From: Cyanophora paradoxa CCMP329
Lineage: Eukaryota > Plantae > Glaucophyta
DNA: 64,000 nt
Direction: 5' to 3'
Assembly: GCA_004431415.1 (NCBI GenBank)
Contig: QPMI01000054.1
Coordinates: 186,001 to 250,000 of the forward strand
The translations under genes were made by a program, and so were the position numbers. The first letter of the stretch is position 1, and every line of letters begins with the position of its first letter. The notes under the pieces are model-generated. The model did no database searches. It was given only the letters and a program-made list of their open reading frames with translations, and had not been told where the DNA came from. Shown piece after piece: positions 60,571 through 64,000 of this stretch.

Positions 60571-62562
60571 CGGGGGCGGGGGGATGCAAGCTCACGTGGA
60601 GGATTTCGTCCAGGGTCTGGCTGCTCGCGGCTGCGTCCAGCTTCATGCCGAAGGGCAGCCTTCCCGCCTCTTTGGCGAAGGCAAGTAGTTTCTAAGGGTT
60701 TACATAGCTTCAGCGGCCAGTACTAGACCTGTATTTAGCTATTAATGCTTACCGTTGAGAAGAAGGAGGCAACTGCCGGGTCGGGATATTTTATCAAAAG
60801 CGCATTCAGCATGACGAAAGTGTTCTCTGTCTGCTTATCGACAAGCCCGCAGGTCACCTCTTGCACGACGATGGCACGCTGCAAAGGAGATATGTAGCGA
60901 TTGATCATGAGATCCAATATTCGACGGCAGCGGAAGCGCGACGTCGACGCCGCACCCGGAGATAAGACGAAGCCTTGTGATAGCGCTCGGATTGTATGCA
61001 CAGGTCGCCGAGGGCGTTGAGGATCTCCGTGAGCACTTTGCAGTCGCCAACGTTTCGCTCCGTTTCGACGAGCGCGCGCTGCGCGCGCTCCGGATTGTTC
61101 AAATGGCACGATGTAAATTATATATAATTAGCCACTGATAATCTTCGCAATCACCTTCAGGTAAGCCTCGGCTCTGTCCATGCCGAGGTCTGCCTGCAAA
61201 ATCATATCGCCGAGCCAGAAGAGCGCGAAGCCGAGGATATTCCGCTTTTGGCAGCTTGTGCACGCTTGCGCCGAGTTTGCAGCCTCCAATCCGAGCTGCT
61301 CGCACGATATTAATTGCGAATCACAAAGACGCTGCGCATGCTCGTGCATGCTGCTGCAGCTGTGGATAGGGTGCGCTTGCCTGCAGGACCTCTTCTGCCT
61401 TGCGCTTGAGACCTGCCTCGTAGAACTGGAGCGAGAGTTTTGAGATCGCTTCGTCCACACGGCAACAGCGAGCGGCCAGCCGCTGCTCGTCTCCCGAATC
61501 GCGGTCGCTCCCTGCTGCCGCCTGCGCATGCAAGCATGCATCGATCCTTAATATCCAGGCTGAGAAAATATTCAGGCAAAAGATCAGCCTCACCTGAAAG
61601 TACACCCACGCTTCATCTCTGTCGCCAAGCGCGACGCACATCTTCGCGAGATTCCATAACGCATCGGCAACTAGGGCGTGTCTCTCGTCATACTTGGCCA
61701 GCCGTTTCATGATGTCCAACGCGATCTGCAGGACATAATTATAATGAAGCGCAGTATCGGTAATTAAGGCGGCCGCAGGCTGAAGACTTCGCATCGACTT
61801 CACGAGGCGCACCAAGGTTATTTGCTTGGCGAGGGCGCGATTTGCAAAACGAGAGCACCAAATGCCGAAAAAGACCACGTGCTGCGCGAGGGATGCCGCA
61901 GAGGCCGCCCCCAGAAGTTCATCCCTCCGCTTGGCATCCAGCAGCCAGGGAGCGAGGAACCGCTGCGCATTCGAGTGATCACGAGGAGCCTCGAGGTCAT
62001 CTATGTCATGAAGCCTTGAAGATTACATGATCATGAACAGGTAATTATATAATTATTAGTGCTCGGGGCAACAGTCACCACGTAAACCGCATGCCGGTCT
62101 AGATCTTCAGCGAAGATTTCGCGATCGGCGGCGGTGGTGGCATCCAGATGCAGAAGCTTAAGATTGCACATGTTGCCAAGATCTAGACGGGCGAGGCGGA
62201 GGGCGTAGGCGACCGTGACCAGGCTGTGCTCGCCCCTCTTCGCGACGGATTCGTACAGCTCTCCCTGCGCGCTAATTTAATAATATTGTCGATGATCCGG
62301 AGGCCGGGCCAGGCCTCGTGCAAGCAGAGGATTCACTGACCTGCCACTTGACCCTGTATGCCTCACTCTGGGTTTCAGGGATCCGCACCGTTTCCAGGTG
62401 TTCGAGGAAGGAGTTGCAAAAGCGGGCCGTGCGCGTCGCTTGCGCGGCTGGAGAGAGCGCCTCCTCGCACTGCCGGCACGCGCATCGGTACTCCGCGTCC
62501 CGGTTCGACGGCGCCGGCGGAGGGGCATCTCCGCGCTGCTTCTGCTCCAGCGCTGCAGCCAT
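58699..62562 (-). CDS. TPR-like helical N-terminus + coiled coil + RING-H2 finger; C-terminal half paralogous to 5043-6800 (start approximate)
   Basis: RING-H2 FSCAVCLD..LPCG|HRFHSLCIATW..CPHCR. Blocks shared with the paralogue: ERARREAERAE..LTPEQEAA, KW..ARxLLNAxLK, AGAGDLE.AAREAEAWE, PTRPYDPFNRG. TPR-like segments ADALWNLAKMCVALGDRDEAWVYFQ and EILNALGDLCIQSERYHKA. Confidence 0.7.
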
Positions 62563-63114
62563 CTGTGCGCAGGCTGCGGCCGGCGTGAGGGCCGGACCGG
62601 AGCTGTCAATGCTTGTGTGCGCGTGGTTGCGGCCGGCACCGACCACGGTCTAAGGCTAGCTATAGCTGGAATTCGAAGCGCTGGTGCCCTTCACTCCAGT
62701 AACTGCCACGGTGCAGCCGATAGCTTTTCACGTTCCAGCGGCCGCAATCGAGCTCCTTGAGCTCGCTTGAGCCTCTGATCGCACTGCCGCTGGCCGTGAC
62801 GCAGTGCCGCTACAGGGAGAGCCTCCGATCGACGATCGTCGATCGCTGCTGGTTGGGTACGAGCGATTCGGCGGGGTACGCCCGACTCCGCGCGTTTCGA
62901 ATTGGCGACTAGGCCAGGCCTCCCGCATCACCGCGCCATCGTTTCAGCGCACCTAAAGGACACGAGTGACGTGCTGCAGCTCAGCGGGAGGTCCTCATCA
63001 GAACACGAGCTAGCTGCGGCTGGTGCGCGACAGGATCAAGTCACGCGCGCGCTAGCTACGCCCGAAAGAGTGATCCGACGACCGCAGGGAGGGCAGCGCG
63101 AGCTACGCTAGGCA

Positions 63115-64000
63115 ATGCCGCCGCCGCTTGTTCAAGTTGCGGGCGCGTTCAAGTCGCTCTCGCACCTGTCGCTGCACGAGGCCCTCGATGACGCCAAGGA
63201 GCGCATCCAGAAGGCGCGCCTCGCCTCGCCTGGGCCCTGCCTTTCGAATAGCTGAGACACTCGCCGCAGCTCGAGCGGGAGAACAAGCTGCTGGGGCAGG
63301 TCGTCGAGGAGCTCCGCGCCTCGAAGCAGAAGCAGGTGACGCCGCGCGGCTCGGAGCCGGCGCCGCGCCCGCCGCCGAGCGCGGCGGCCCGCGCAGGTGG
63401 AGGAGCTGGAGGCGGTGCGGCGGCAGGCGGGGGACGCCCTCGCGGAGCGCGACCTGATGAAGCTCGCCAACGACGAGCTCGAGAAGCGCACGAAGAAGCT
63501 CCAGAAGGAGCTCAGGCGCCCCCGCCGCCCTCCCCCAGCCGCCCGCCCCGCCGCCGGGCTCCTTCGCTGAGCCGCGCCCCCGGGCCGCGCAGCGAGACGC
63601 ACGCGACGCAGTTCCTGTCGACGGGCGCGATCAGCGCGGTCGAGGGCGAGCGCACGCGCCTCGCCGCCCGCACCGCCGAGCTCGAGGTGCGGCCCCGCAG
63701 GCGCCGGCGGGGCGGGCGGGCGGGCGGCTCAGGGGCGGCAGAGCCTGGCGCTGGACCTGGCGAACCAGCTGGAGTCGGCCAAGTCGCGGCGGGCGCTGGA
63801 GCAGGAGCTGGAGGGGAAGACGCGGCGGGAGCTGGAGCAGCAGCTCGAGCGGGCGCAGGCGCGCGCCCGCCGGCTGGAGGGCGACCTCAAGAAGGAGGAG
63901 CGCGCCCGCGCCGACGCCGACGCCGCCCTCGAGAAGGAGCGCGCCCTGCTGCGCGGCGTCCGGGTGCGGCGGGCGGCGCGCCGCGCGTACCCCCGCCCCG
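63115..64000 (+). CDS. Long coiled-coil protein (partial, continues beyond the window; start uncertain)
   Basis: Heptad-rich exons LERENKLLGQVVEELRASKQKQ|VEELEAVRRQ..LANDELEKRTKKLQKEL and LANQLESAKSRRALEQELEGKTRRELEQQLE. Confidence 0.6.

Overview
This is GC-rich eukaryotic nuclear DNA from a protist or alga. The style is reminiscent of glaucophytes such as Cyanophora, but I cannot confirm that. Genes are tightly packed and broken by many ~50-110 nt introns, many with GC-AG ends, so the six-frame ORF track is mostly misleading and I rebuilt genes by manual splicing. Left to right: (1) Three copies of an unknown helical-domain gene on the minus strand (1-1284, 5043-8746, 24382-26386); the complete copy ends in coiled-coil + CCCH + RING. 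(2) A decayed PIN-gene fragment joined to a NOXRED1/P5CR-like gene. (3) A ~14.7 kb gene fusing a FAM120/Asteroid-type PIN-like domain, a DEAH/RHA helicase and 7-8 degenerate dsRBD-like repeats. (4) A tandem calponin-homology protein. (5) An FN3-SLOG(LSDAT)-SLATT-SLATT membrane protein. (6) A 3-exon NOP10 gene, absent from the ORF track, that carries archaeal-like Zn-ribbon ligands. It is followed on the same strand by three tandem H/ACA snoRNA copies whose pockets match LSU rRNA peptidyl-transferase-centre sites. (7) An RNI-like LRR protein, an FHA-EML/WD40 fusion, a TPR-like-RING-H2 paralogue and a partial coiled-coil gene. The most notable items are the NOP10 + H/ACA array, the PIN-helicase-dsRBD gene paired head-to-head with a CCCH-RING gene, and the SLOG-SLATT protein. 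Except for NOP10, gene boundaries are approximate.
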